Origin: Thermomicrobiales bacterium
Lineage (GTDB): Bacteria > Chloroflexota > Chloroflexia > Thermomicrobiales > UBA6265
Reading direction: 5' to 3'
Length of the DNA: 64,000 nt
NCBI GenBank assembly: GCA_023957115.1
Contig: JAMLHN010000001.1
Span: 92,708 to 156,707 of the forward strand
Made by a program: the position numbers and the translations under genes. The notes below the pieces were generated by a model. It searched no databases and was not told the origin of the DNA. It worked only from the letters and a program-made list of their open reading frames with translations. Shown here in pieces: positions 47,257 through 57,029 of this stretch (its first letter is position 1; the number at the start of each line of letters is the position of its first letter).

Positions 47257-48651
47257 GTGAACGATCAACCAGGAACGCATCCATACATTCCGAATTCGGC
47301 GCCCGCCAGCCGCCAGGCAATGCTGGACGCGGTCGGCGTGAAATCGGTCGATGAGCTCTTCGAGGCGATTCCAGCGTCGCTGAAACTCGGCCGGCCGCTG
47401 AACCTGCCGGATCCGATTCTGTCGGAACGTGATCTGAAGCGCACCCTGGAAGCGATTCTGTCGCGGAACACGCCGGCGACATCGGTGATCAGCTTTCTCG
47501 GAGGGGGATGCTGGCCCCATGACATTCCGGCGGTGTGTGACGAGATCAACAGCCGCGCCGAGTTTTTGACCGCCTACGGTGGCGATACCTATGCCGATCT
47601 CGGCAAACATCAGGCCATCTTCGAATTCCAGTCGATGATCGGCGAGCTGGTCGGTATGGAAATGGTGAGCGCGCCGGTCTACGACTGGTCGGCAGCAATG
47701 ACCAGCGCATTGATGATGGCGGCGCGGATCACGGGGCGCCGCAAGACCTTGATCACCGGGACGCTGCCGGGTGACCGTCGGTCGAATATCGACCTCACCG
47801 CCGGGGAATGGATCGATCCCGAGTACCTCGCATTCGACCAGGCGACTGGATTGATGAACTTGGACGACCTCCGTCAGAAGATCAAGGATGACGTCGCATC
47901 AGTCTATGTCGAAGTTCCTTCGTATCTGGGTGGAATCGAGTCCGATGTCGCGCAGATCGCCGAGATCGCGCATGCGGCGGGAGCGCTGCTCGTCGTTGGT
48001 GTCGATGCGATCTCGCTCGGCGTGCTCGCTGCTCCGGCGGACTATGGTGCCGACATCGTTGTCGGCGAAGGGCAGGCGCTCGGCGTGCACATGATGTACA
48101 GCGGGGGGTTGTTCGGATTCATCGCTTCCCGGGACGAGCCCAGATTCGTTGCCGAGTATCCCTATCTGATGGTGTCGATCGCGCCCACGCGCAACGGCGA
48201 GGGGTGGGGGTTCGGCTGGTCGTCGATGGAGCGCACCTCCTACGACTTGCGTGAGAACGCGCCCGACTACACCGGGACGACGCAATGGCTGTGGGGGATT
48301 ACCGCGGCCGTCTATCTGTCACTGCTCGGCCCGGTTGGAATGCGCGAGGTTGGCGAGGGTATCCTCCAGCGCTCCGCCTATGCGATGTGCCGGCTTGGTG
48401 AACTGCCGGGCGTGCAAGCGCCGGTGTTCGATAGGGCGCATTTCAAGGAGTTCGTGGTCAATTTCGATGCTACGGGCAAGACCGTTGCCGAAATCAATCA
48501 GGCGCTGCGCGCGCGTGACATCTTTGGCGGCCACGACCTGAGTCGGGATTTTCCGCAGCTCGGGCAAAGTGCGTTGTATTGCGTGACCGAGGCGCACAGT
48601 AAAGCAGATATCGATCAGCTCGTCTCCACACTCGAGGAGGTTTTGGCGTGA
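47257..48651 (+). CDS. gcvPA: glycine dehydrogenase (aminomethyl-transferring) subunit 1
   Basis: HPYIPNSAPASRQAMLDAVGVKSVDELFEAIPASLKL and FLGGGCWPH. The start is GTG 47257 or GTG 47212. Confidence 0.8.
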   Translation: MNDQPGTHPYIPNSAPASRQAMLDAVGVKSVDELFEAIPASLKLGRPLNLPDPILSERDLKRTLEAILSRNTPATSVISFLGGGCWPHDIPAVCDEINSRAEFLTAYGGDTYADLGKHQAIFEFQSMIGELVGMEMVSAPVYDWSAAMTSALMMAARITGRRKTLITGTLPGDRRSNIDLTAGEWIDPEYLAFDQATGLMNLDDLRQKIKDDVASVYVEVPSYLGGIESDVAQIAEIAHAAGALLVVGVDAISLGVLAAPADYGADIVVGEGQALGVHMMYSGGLFGFIASRDEPRFVAEYPYLMVSIAPTRNGEGWGFGWSSMERTSYDLRENAPDYTGTTQWLWGITAAVYLSLLGPVGMREVGEGILQRSAYAMCRLGELPGVQAPVFDRAHFKEFVVNFDATGKTVAEINQALRARDIFGGHDLSRDFPQLGQSALYCVTEAHSKADIDQLVSTLEEVLA

Positions 48652-50210
48652 CCCGGGTTCGAAATTTTCATGCCGCCCAGTGGGATGAGCCGTTGATCCT
48701 CGAACTGGGATCCCCAGGCGAGCGGGGGTACATTCCGCCCGCCGTGGAATCGGGAATCCAGGACGTTGTCGGACCGGCTGAAGAGCTCGTTCCGGCAGCG
48801 ATGCGCCGGCAAGCGCCCCCGCAGCTTCCGGAAATTTCGCAGCCTGGTGTGCTCCGGCACTATCTGCGCCTCTCGCAGATGACCATGGGATGCCATATCA
48901 CGCCCGATGCCAGTCTGGGCACCTGCACGATGAAGTACAGCCCGCAAATCAATGAGCACCTGGCGCGCTCGCCGCAGATGAGCGATCTCCATCCGCTCCA
49001 GGACGATGAGACAACGCAAGGCATGCTGGAGATCATCTACGGGCTCGAGCAGATGCTCTGCGAGATCTCCGGGATGAGCGCATTCACCTTTCAGCCCGCA
49101 GGCGGCTCGCAGGCCATCTTCGCGAATGCGTGCATCATTCGCGCCTATCACGAGGATCGCGGTGAGGGAGACCTGCGCGACGAGATCATCTCGACTGCGT
49201 TTTCCCATCCGATCGATTGCGCCGCCCCAGCGGTTGCCGGATTCAAAGTAATTACGCTCATGCCGGGACCGCACGGCTATCCAGAGCTCGATGCGCTCAA
49301 GGCCGCGATCTCCCCGCGTACCGCCGGCTTGATGATGACCAATCCGGAAGACACCGGCATCTTCAATCCGTATGTCGAAGAGTTCACCCGCCTCGTGCAC
49401 GAAGCGGGCGGTCTTTGCGCCTATGACCAGGCGAACGCGAACGGCATCCTGGGGATCACCCGTGCGCGAGAGAATGGCTTCGACCTCTGCCAGTTCAATC
49501 TCCATAAGACCTTCTCAGTACCGCACGGTTCGACGGGTGGTTCCTGCGGCGCCGGTGGATGCACCGAAGAGCTGGCGAAGTACTTGCCGTCACCCAAGGT
49601 CGAGTTCGACGGCGAGCGCTACTACTGGGATTACGATCGGCCGGACAGCATCGGCAAAATTCGGTCGTTCCACGGAAATCTCCAGGCCGTGCTCCGGTCC
49701 TATGCCTGGATCCTTGCCCATGGAAGCGAAGGATTGCGCCAGGTTGCCGAGACGGCGGTCCTGAACAACAACTATCTCCAGCAGCTCATTCAGCAGATCC
49801 CAGGCGTCTCGATCGGGTACGACGCGCCGGGGCGTCGCTTGCAGGAAGTTCGGTATAGCTGGGAGCCGCTTCTGGAAGAGACCGGCGTGTCCTCCGAAGA
49901 CGTACGACGGCGGATGGTCGATTTCGGTCTGCAGGGGTATTTCACCAGTCATCATCCGATGTTGATTCCAGAACCGTTCACATTGGAACCCTCGGAGAGC
50001 TGGTCGCGCAGCGACCTCGAAGAATACGGCCGCGTATTGGGCCATATCGACTCCGAGGCGCGCGACGATCCGGAGTTCGTGCAGAGCTCCCCGCATCGGG
50101 CGTCGATAACCCGTATCCATGAGGATGCGCTCGATACCCCGGAGCAGTGGGCCATGACCTGGCGTGGTTGGAAACGGAAGTATGGAGATGTCGCAACCCC
50201 CAATGCCTGA
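48648..50210 (+). CDS. gcvPB: glycine dehydrogenase (aminomethyl-transferring) subunit 2
   Basis: GTGA overlap with gcvPA. Contains LGTCTMKYSPQ, FQPAGGSQA and the PLP-lysine context FNLHKTFSVPHG. Confidence 0.8.
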   Translation: MTRVRNFHAAQWDEPLILELGSPGERGYIPPAVESGIQDVVGPAEELVPAAMRRQAPPQLPEISQPGVLRHYLRLSQMTMGCHITPDASLGTCTMKYSPQINEHLARSPQMSDLHPLQDDETTQGMLEIIYGLEQMLCEISGMSAFTFQPAGGSQAIFANACIIRAYHEDRGEGDLRDEIISTAFSHPIDCAAPAVAGFKVITLMPGPHGYPELDALKAAISPRTAGLMMTNPEDTGIFNPYVEEFTRLVHEAGGLCAYDQANANGILGITRARENGFDLCQFNLHKTFSVPHGSTGGSCGAGGCTEELAKYLPSPKVEFDGERYYWDYDRPDSIGKIRSFHGNLQAVLRSYAWILAHGSEGLRQVAETAVLNNNYLQQLIQQIPGVSIGYDAPGRRLQEVRYSWEPLLEETGVSSEDVRRRMVDFGLQGYFTSHHPMLIPEPFTLEPSESWSRSDLEEYGRVLGHIDSEARDDPEFVQSSPHRASITRIHEDALDTPEQWAMTWRGWKRKYGDVATPNA

Positions 50211-50239
50211 GGGACCGGACTGCATGTGGATGAGCACGA

Positions 50240-51388
50240 ATGGAAACCGGAGTGGCCGCTATTGATGCCGCGCGTCCTCGGGTGGGATTGATCGTCAACC
50301 CCATTGCTGGCATGGGCGGCCGCGTCGGCCTCAAAGGAACCGATGGACCCGACGCCGTCGAGCGGGCACGTTCGCTGGAGGCCGTGCCGGTCTCTGGCGA
50401 GCGTGCCGCCATCGCACTCGCGACGCTCGGCGAGAAAGCTACTGGCGGGGTCGATATCGTGACCGCGCCGGGAGAGCTTGGGGCGTTCGTTGCCCAGCGC
50501 GCGGGGTTCGAGCCAATCGTGGTTGGAAACGAGTCCGAGATCGCTGGAACCTCGCACGACACGATTGCCTATGCGCGCGCGATCGGCGATGCGGGTGTCG
50601 ATCTCCTCTTGTTCGCCGGTGGGGACGGAACCGCTCGGAACATTCACGACGCTATCGGAGTGGAAATTCCGGCGCTCGGCATCCCGACGGGAGTGAAGAT
50701 GCACTCCTCGGTATTTGGCACCAATCCCCGCGCTGCCGGTGAGCTGGCGGCACGTTTCGTCGAGATGTCGTCTGGCCCGTGCCGGGAGTCGGAAGTCATG
50801 GACATCGACGAAGACGCCTTTCGGGAAGGGCGTGTTTCGGCTCGGCTCTTTGGCTATCTGCGGGTGCCATATCAACGGAGTCTGGTGCAGGGACTCAAGT
50901 CTGGAAGCACTGGCAACGAGCTCAGTGTGCTGAACGGCATTGCGACCGCGATTGGTCAATGGATGACCGACGATGCGCTCTGGATACTCGGTCCCGGAAC
51001 GACCACGCGGCATATTGCGACCGTGCTCGGACTCCCGAAAACGCTGCTCGGCGTCGACCTCTATCGAAACCGGACCGTCGTGAGCCAGGACGCGAACGAG
51101 CAGGAGATTCTGCGCCAGCTCGACGCAACGCCTGCGCGACTGGTCGTGACGCCAATAGGGGGACAGGGATACCTGTTCGGGCGCGGCAATCAGCAACTGA
51201 GCCCGGCAGTTCTGCGCAGGATCGGATTGTCGAACATCATCGTGGTCGCCACCCCCGGAAAGCTGGCTGGGCTCGACGGCGCCTCGCTGCTCGTCGACAC
51301 GGGAGACGCCGCCCTCGATGCCGAGCTGCGCGGATATGTCCGCGTGATCGTCAACCAACGGCAGGAATCGATGCAACGCGTCACGTAG
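50240..51388 (+). CDS. ATP-NAD kinase family protein (AcoX-like)
   Basis: GLIVNPIAGMGGRVGLKGTDG, FAGGDGTARNI and IPTGVKMHSSVF. Confidence 0.7.
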   Translation: METGVAAIDAARPRVGLIVNPIAGMGGRVGLKGTDGPDAVERARSLEAVPVSGERAAIALATLGEKATGGVDIVTAPGELGAFVAQRAGFEPIVVGNESEIAGTSHDTIAYARAIGDAGVDLLLFAGGDGTARNIHDAIGVEIPALGIPTGVKMHSSVFGTNPRAAGELAARFVEMSSGPCRESEVMDIDEDAFREGRVSARLFGYLRVPYQRSLVQGLKSGSTGNELSVLNGIATAIGQWMTDDALWILGPGTTTRHIATVLGLPKTLLGVDLYRNRTVVSQDANEQEILRQLDATPARLVVTPIGGQGYLFGRGNQQLSPAVLRRIGLSNIIVVATPGKLAGLDGASLLVDTGDAALDAELRGYVRVIVNQRQESMQRVT

Positions 51389-51410
51389 TACGTGGGAGAG
51401 GCAACACATC

Positions 51411-52505
51411 GTGAGAATCGCTGCGGTCGACGCGTTCCTGGTGGAGATTCCGTTCCGCGTACCCTTTGTCGTCTGGCGTGGCACGGTTCCATCCAAGCAG
51501 CACGTCGTCATCAGCGTCACGACTGATGACGGCATTGTCGGCTGGGGCGAGGCTGCGCCGTTTCTCTATTACGCACCCGAGACGGCTTCGGACGTGCGCT
51601 CTTTCGTGTCCGATGTGATGGCGGACGAGCTCGTCGGTCGCGTATTCGCGGATGTGCGATCCACCATGCAGCCGTTTGCCATTCTCGATGGGCACGAGTT
51701 TGCGAAAGCGGCGGTGGAAACCGCGCTTTGGGACGCGTTCGGGAAGCGGTTCGGCTTGCCCGTCTATCGACTGCTTGGCGGAGCTGCACACGATCGGGTT
51801 CCGGTCTTGACCGTGCTCCACGTTGCCGATCCAGCGGAGATGGCCGACGAGGCGGAAATGCTTGTGGCCGCGGGATTGCGTCAGCTCAAGCTCAAGATCG
51901 GCTTTGGCGCGGATGCGGACGAAGCGATGGTTGCAGCGGTGCGCGAGCGCGTGGGACCAGAGATCCGGATCCGTGCCGATGCTGAGGAAAGCTACCCGAC
52001 CAAGACCGCGTTGCAGGTTGGACGCAGGTTACAGAGGTACGATCTGGAGCTGCTGAGCCAGCCGGTTCCGCGGACAGACTGGGAAGGGATGGCGTTGCTT
52101 CGCCGATCGCTCGATATACCGATCCTCGCGGATGAGGGCATTCACAGTTCCCATGATGTGTTGACCTGCGTACGCGCCTCCGCGGCGGACATGGTGAACA
52201 TCAAGGTGCTCAAGAGCGGCGGCGCGACCGAGGCTCTGGCGATGGGGGCGATTTGTGCGGCAGCGCACCGGCCGGTCGTCATTGGTAGCATGATCGAGGC
52301 GGGTATTGGGTCGTTGATGGGCGCGCACGTGGCGATGGCGCTGTCGCCGGTCTTCTCGACCGAGCTCTGCGGTCCGTTCCTGCTGGCCGACGATTTGCTG
52401 GAGGAACCGCTTCAGGTCCGGGATGGAGCGCTGATCATGCCAGGCGGCCCAGGGCTGGGCGCAGCCGTGGATACGTCGAAACTGGAGCGCTACCGAATCG
52501 TCTGA
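51411..52505 (+). CDS. enolase-superfamily protein (mandelate racemase/muconate lactonizing enzyme; dipeptide-epimerase-like)
   Basis: KxK motif LKLKIG, IRADAEES (Asp ligand), ILADEGI (Asp ligand) and NIKVLKSGG (second Lys). The expected IEQP reads LSQP. Confidence 0.8.
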   Translation: MRIAAVDAFLVEIPFRVPFVVWRGTVPSKQHVVISVTTDDGIVGWGEAAPFLYYAPETASDVRSFVSDVMADELVGRVFADVRSTMQPFAILDGHEFAKAAVETALWDAFGKRFGLPVYRLLGGAAHDRVPVLTVLHVADPAEMADEAEMLVAAGLRQLKLKIGFGADADEAMVAAVRERVGPEIRIRADAEESYPTKTALQVGRRLQRYDLELLSQPVPRTDWEGMALLRRSLDIPILADEGIHSSHDVLTCVRASAADMVNIKVLKSGGATEALAMGAICAAAHRPVVIGSMIEAGIGSLMGAHVAMALSPVFSTELCGPFLLADDLLEEPLQVRDGALIMPGGPGLGAAVDTSKLERYRIV

Positions 52506-52540
52506 TCCGCATTCCGCGTCGCCCAAATGATCCTACGCTT

Positions 52541-52564
52541 ACGCAGGACCGTTTCAAACACGCC
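52541..52564. repeat. solo right-end copy of the MITE-like element
   Basis: acgcaggaccgtttcaaacacgcc is 24/25 identical to 58266-58290 and similar to the right TIR at 32851-32871. It abuts a gene stop. Confidence 0.7.
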
Positions 52565-53875
52565 CTAATACTCGATGAGCTGCTTGCCTTCGGACTCGAT
52601 TTTCTCCGTGTCGAGCAGGCCCACCTGCTCCCCCGGGAGCTCAGCGGGGACGGTGATCGTGTCGGGATTCCCATCACTCGTATAGAGCAGATCTGGTCGT
52701 GCGAGGAACTGGCTGAACCAATAATCGAGGAAGAGGTTGCCCTCGCCTTCGGACGGCTCATCCTTGGCGCCGATGCGCGCGATCGACATCGGATCGAAGT
52801 TGATCGAGTTCGGAGATGGGGCGGGTTCCGCGCCGGCGGCCAGCAGGCTGATGAGCTGGATATGCTGACCGTCGTAGTCGAACCCATTGCGGACCATTCT
52901 CCATTGGTCCAGTGCCTCGGGGTTGATGTCCGTATCGGGGAAGAGGCCGTAGGGGAGTACCACGGCTCCGGTAGCGCTCTCCTGGCCGGATTGCTCCTGC
53001 AACCAGAGGGTGGTGCCACCAACTTTCTCCATGAAGATCTCGGTGGTCACATTGCTCAGATCCTGATGATCTTTCGTGTGATTGGCAACCTCATAGCCGT
53101 TGTCGACCAACCATTGCAACTTTTGCTGGCAATACTCGGTCTGGTCTGGTGCTTCGAAGTCGAAGCACCAGATCTCGATGACACCGAACATGGCGGTGTG
53201 GCCGAAATCGGGATGAGTGGAAAAGAAGTCTTCCAGGATCCCGATTGCGGAGTGCGGGTCGATCGTCACCGAGCCATCTTCGGCAATGTTGTAATAGAAC
53301 TGATTCGGTCGTGAGTCATCGAAAACCAGAACCGCAGGATGTTTACCCGCCGGGGCAGTGATGCGGTTCTCGATGTATTCGCGGTAGGTGATGATGTAGA
53401 AGTTGTTGTCGTAGAGAAACTGCAAGTCGTCCCGGAACTCGGCTTCGGTTCGGAAGAGGACGTCGCCTTCCTCGCCGGGACCGTACTCCTGCACGATGTT
53501 GTGATACATGAAAACGGGTACCACTCCCAGCTCATTGGGCTGGTATTGCTGCAGTTGCTCCGGAGACAGAATCTCCCCGGTGACCACCGGTTGCGTCGGC
53601 TGGATTGGCGCCGTGGTTGGGACTTCGGTCGGAGCTAGCGTTGCTTCTTCCACGGCACCCTCGGTCGGTGCAGGCTCTGCCGGAGGGTCGGTCGCTCCTG
53701 AAACGTCGGTTGCCGCAACGGTGGGCTGCGTTGTATCGGCGTTCGCCGGCGGGGCAATGCCTTCCGCGGGGCGGGTCCCCTGCGTCCAGGAGATTTGGCC
53801 GCCGGAATCGTTCGAACTGAACCCGCACGCGGCAAGGATAGGAAGGAGCAGGAACACGAGCGCCGCAAGCCGCAA
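52565..53875 (-). CDS. polysaccharide deacetylase (NodB-homology) family lipoprotein
   Basis: A TTG at 53875 gives MRLAALVFLLLPILAAC (lipobox). Contains VPVFMYHNI, LVFDDS and ANHTKDH. The ORF extends to 54058. Confidence 0.75.
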   Translation of the reverse strand: MRLAALVFLLLPILAACGFSSNDSGGQISWTQGTRPAEGIAPPANADTTQPTVAATDVSGATDPPAEPAPTEGAVEEATLAPTEVPTTAPIQPTQPVVTGEILSPEQLQQYQPNELGVVPVFMYHNIVQEYGPGEEGDVLFRTEAEFRDDLQFLYDNNFYIITYREYIENRITAPAGKHPAVLVFDDSRPNQFYYNIAEDGSVTIDPHSAIGILEDFFSTHPDFGHTAMFGVIEIWCFDFEAPDQTEYCQQKLQWLVDNGYEVANHTKDHQDLSNVTTEIFMEKVGGTTLWLQEQSGQESATGAVVLPYGLFPDTDINPEALDQWRMVRNGFDYDGQHIQLISLLAAGAEPAPSPNSINFDPMSIARIGAKDEPSEGEGNLFLDYWFSQFLARPDLLYTSDGNPDTITVPAELPGEQVGLLDTEKIESEGKQLIEY

Positions 53876-54106
53876 CCATGGCTGCCCGAAGAGAACCTCG
53901 CGACCGGGGCGGGTGGAACGGGTGAGTATCGAGGAGATCAAAGCGACCCGGAACCTCCGCCGGAATCTCGGGCGCCAGGATGCCCGCAGAACCAATAGTG
54001 TACGATCCGCGCCGCCCAGCGAACGCACCAGAATAGAGTACAGGATTCTCCAACCCAAGTGGCAGCAACGGGTGCAATGCAGATTGTGGCCTCCGTCAGT
54101 CGCGCG

Positions 54107-54829
54107 CTACCGGCTCCTGGAGCCGCCCCCCAGCCTCTCACTGTGTCCGAGCAATCTCCGAACGTCCGCAAGGTCCCGGGCGATCCAGGTGGGAGGGGGA
54201 ATCGGCGCCGGCCAGGCGTGATCGTGGCGATTCATCCACACCGTCGGAATTCCGGTCGATTCTGCGCCGAGCATATCGTGATCGGGCGAGTCGCCAATCA
54301 TGATCGAGTGAACGGCGGCCGCCTCTCCGAGCCGGAGCGCCTCCAGGAAAATCTCGCGATCTGGTTTCCAGAACCCAAACTCATCCGAAACCAGGCAGAA
54401 CTCGAAGTACGGTCGGAGTCCCAGCAAGTCGATCTTGGCGGATTGCACGTCGGCCGGACCGTTGGTGACCATTCCGATCCGTCGGCCGGGGTGCGCGGCT
54501 CGCACGACTTCGAGCGTTTCGATTGCATCTGGAAAGAGCTGCAGTCCGTGGAACCGGTTGCGGACGTACCACCGGACGGCGGCCTCGGCCGCTTCCTGGC
54601 ACGCGATGCCATGCCTGGACAGCAGGTCCGGGAAGTGATCGACTCCATGGGGCTGGATCCGAATCGACTCCGCCACGACGTCGTCCATCGGCGCATCGAG
54701 CGTTCGCCCGGCCGTCTCCTCCGCGAGTCCGAACGCAATGCGGAGGCGGGTCACGCGCGCGCCACCGTAGTCACACAGGGTGTCGTCCAGATCGAAAAGG
54801 ACCAGGTCTGGTTGTCGGGAGATGCGCAT
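54107..54829 (-). CDS. HAD-superfamily hydrolase
   Basis: ATG at 54829 (MRISRQPDLVLFDLDDTL, motif I). Also MVTNGP and IGDSPDHD. Confidence 0.8.
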   Translation of the reverse strand: MRISRQPDLVLFDLDDTLCDYGGARVTRLRIAFGLAEETAGRTLDAPMDDVVAESIRIQPHGVDHFPDLLSRHGIACQEAAEAAVRWYVRNRFHGLQLFPDAIETLEVVRAAHPGRRIGMVTNGPADVQSAKIDLLGLRPYFEFCLVSDEFGFWKPDREIFLEALRLGEAAAVHSIMIGDSPDHDMLGAESTGIPTVWMNRHDHAWPAPIPPPTWIARDLADVRRLLGHSERLGGGSRSR

Positions 54830-55440
54830 CACCGGGTCACCTGTCGAACGAGATGGGAGAGCAACGGCCGGGAGTTGCGATCGGTGGGGAGATGGTTCCC
54901 ACAAATGACCCAGGCCGATTCGAGCGCAGCGCCCGCGGCCAGACATTGGAACGATCTCCGCAATGCGCTGGGAGCGGCGTTACGCCAAAGAACGGCGAGC
55001 ACATAGAGATGTCCGACGACCGCGGCTGCCCGAGCTGAGTCGATATGCAAGGCGCCGAACACGTGATACCGTCTCCATTCGATCCCGAGCAGAACGCAGC
55101 TGACCGCCAGTATGGCTGCCAGCGTTCGCTTGAGCGGTCCAATCGCGCCGGGGCGACAGAGCGCCAACCAACCAAGTGACGAGAGCATAATCGCCCCGTC
55201 GGCAATCGTGTCGAGCTGTCGAGCGTAGGTCGAACGGCTGCCACGCAGGCGGCTGATCAATCCGTCACCGATGTCGGAACCGGCCGAGAGCACAATTCCG
55301 GCCGCCACGAAACGAGGTCTTTGCAAGAACGCCGGAACCCACAAAGCCGCGGCCAGCACCAGCCGTCCAAACGAGAGCCATTCGTCTGGTGTGCGCGGAA
55401 GGCGTTGTGGTCGTTTGGCGGAATCAGGCGACGAGCTCAC
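54829..55440 (-). CDS. CDP-alcohol phosphatidyltransferase family protein
   Basis: Multi-TM protein with DIGDGLISRLRG...ARQLDTIAD, which matches DxxDGxx(A/S)R..(G/A)xxxDxxxD. Confidence 0.6.
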   Translation of the reverse strand: MSSSPDSAKRPQRLPRTPDEWLSFGRLVLAAALWVPAFLQRPRFVAAGIVLSAGSDIGDGLISRLRGSRSTYARQLDTIADGAIMLSSLGWLALCRPGAIGPLKRTLAAILAVSCVLLGIEWRRYHVFGALHIDSARAAAVVGHLYVLAVLWRNAAPSALRRSFQCLAAGAALESAWVICGNHLPTDRNSRPLLSHLVRQVTR

Positions 55441-56701
55441 GGTGCTGATCCTCGGTCAGATGCTCTCCGGCTTCGATGATCGCCTGAAGGGTTTCGACGG
55501 TCTGGGCGATGTCTTCGTAGCTGGTGTAGAGCGCCACCGGCGCGATGCGTATGACGTTTGGGGCGCGGAAGTCCGGGACGATCCCCCGCCGTTTCAACGC
55601 GCGGGCAATCGCGGCGGCGGACGCATGCTCCAGCGCAATATGACCGCCCCGCCGGTTGGCATCCAGTGGCGTTCCAATCGCGATGTCGTAGGGATGGTCG
55701 AGCAATCCGCCGTCGCTCAGCAGGTCGACCAGAAAGGCGGTCATCTTGAGTGACTTGGCTCGAATTGCTTCGATACCCGCCTCATTGAAGATGTCCAGCG
55801 ATCCTCGGAGGGATGCGCCGGACAAGACCGGGGTGGTGCTGATCTGCCAGGCTCCGGCGCCGGGAGCACCTTCCCAGTCATGCACCATGTCGAACTGGCG
55901 CTCTTTCTGGTACCCCCACCACCCGGCGAGTCCAGGATGGACTCCGAAATGCCTCCGATTGACATACAACGCGCCAACACTGCCCGGCCCGGCATTCAGG
56001 TATTTATAGGTGCACCAGAACGCAAAATCGACCTCCCACTCGTCGAAGCGGTGGGGGACCGAGCCGGCGGAATGTGCGCAGTCGAATCCGGCAATGATGC
56101 CCCGTTCGCGTGCGGACTGGGCGATCCGTTCGATGTCGAGCAGCTGTCCCGACCGGTAAAGCACCGATGGCAGGAGAACCAGCGCGACGTCGTCCGACAT
56201 GGCTGCGACGACATCGTTCTCTTCAATGGTTCGGCCATCGCCGGATGAAATCCGGATCAGGTCGCGCCGCGGATCGCCGCCATGAAGCAGAATCTGGCTC
56301 TGGAGCGCGTAGATATCCGAAGGGAAATCGAGCTCGGAGGCGATGATTCTGCGACGATTGCCCTCGGGCCGGTAGAAGGTCGCAACCAGCGCATGTTGGT
56401 TGACCGTGGTGGTGCCGGTCGCGACCACTTCATCCTCGGATGCGCCCACGAGCGGGGCCAGCATGGCGCCGAGTTGCTCGCCCAGCGAAAACCAGCTTGC
56501 CCCGGGCGCCATCCAACCGTCGATACCGAGGGTCTTCCACTGCTCCAATGCGGTCCGGATGTGCGTTTCCGAATCCTTCGACATCAGTCCCAGCGAATTG
56601 CCGTCCATATAGATCTTGCCCGGCAAGCGATAGAATCGGTCCCGATAAGCGCGAAGCGGATCGGCGGCATCGAGCTCCAGCGCTCGGTCACGTGCGGTCA
56701 T
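55424..56701 (-). CDS. kynU: kynureninase
   Basis: 425-aa ORF. Contains IYMDGNSLGL, FPSDIYAL, GFDCAHSAG and WCTYKYLNAGPG (PLP Lys). Confidence 0.8.
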   Translation of the reverse strand: MTARDRALELDAADPLRAYRDRFYRLPGKIYMDGNSLGLMSKDSETHIRTALEQWKTLGIDGWMAPGASWFSLGEQLGAMLAPLVGASEDEVVATGTTTVNQHALVATFYRPEGNRRRIIASELDFPSDIYALQSQILLHGGDPRRDLIRISSGDGRTIEENDVVAAMSDDVALVLLPSVLYRSGQLLDIERIAQSARERGIIAGFDCAHSAGSVPHRFDEWEVDFAFWCTYKYLNAGPGSVGALYVNRRHFGVHPGLAGWWGYQKERQFDMVHDWEGAPGAGAWQISTTPVLSGASLRGSLDIFNEAGIEAIRAKSLKMTAFLVDLLSDGGLLDHPYDIAIGTPLDANRRGGHIALEHASAAAIARALKRRGIVPDFRAPNVIRIAPVALYTSYEDIAQTVETLQAIIEAGEHLTEDQHRELVA

Positions 56702-57029
56702 CGTCTATTCATCCTCCGACGAAGATGGTTGCGTCGTGGGTAGTATGCCGGTTCCTCGGGCTCGACAATCGAATGCTGGATTCCCGGCCCCGAGGCACGG
56801 AGGCGACTGATCCGGAAACGGGTGGATTCCGTAGTATTGGTGCAGGGTTCTCGACCGATCGATCTGCGTTGTGCCCCACGTGAGGTTGCTGCGCCGGCGC
56901 CGGCACGTCTGTCGCCAGGGACGACGGTTTCTAAGAGCCGGCATTCCACGATTTCTGCCGTATCCTTCCTATGGAACGACAGCACCATGCGCTCCCCGAT
57001 TGCAGTGGGTGAGCGCGGGAGGTATCAAT

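Noticed and set aside
48654-48663. tRNA T-arm-like GGGTTCGAAA
   Set aside because: It lies at the start of gcvPB coding sequence, with no acceptor, D or anticodon arms around it. No tRNA was found in the window.
49952-51535. 527-aa minus-strand ORF and other long antisense ORFs (17281..18315, 18343..19506, 20306..21367, 43135..44721, 45990..46982, 61468..62898, 62885..63871)
   Set aside because: All lie opposite genes with clear family motifs, have Arg/Gly/Pro-rich composition and carry no recognisable domains. They are GC-rich shadow ORFs.
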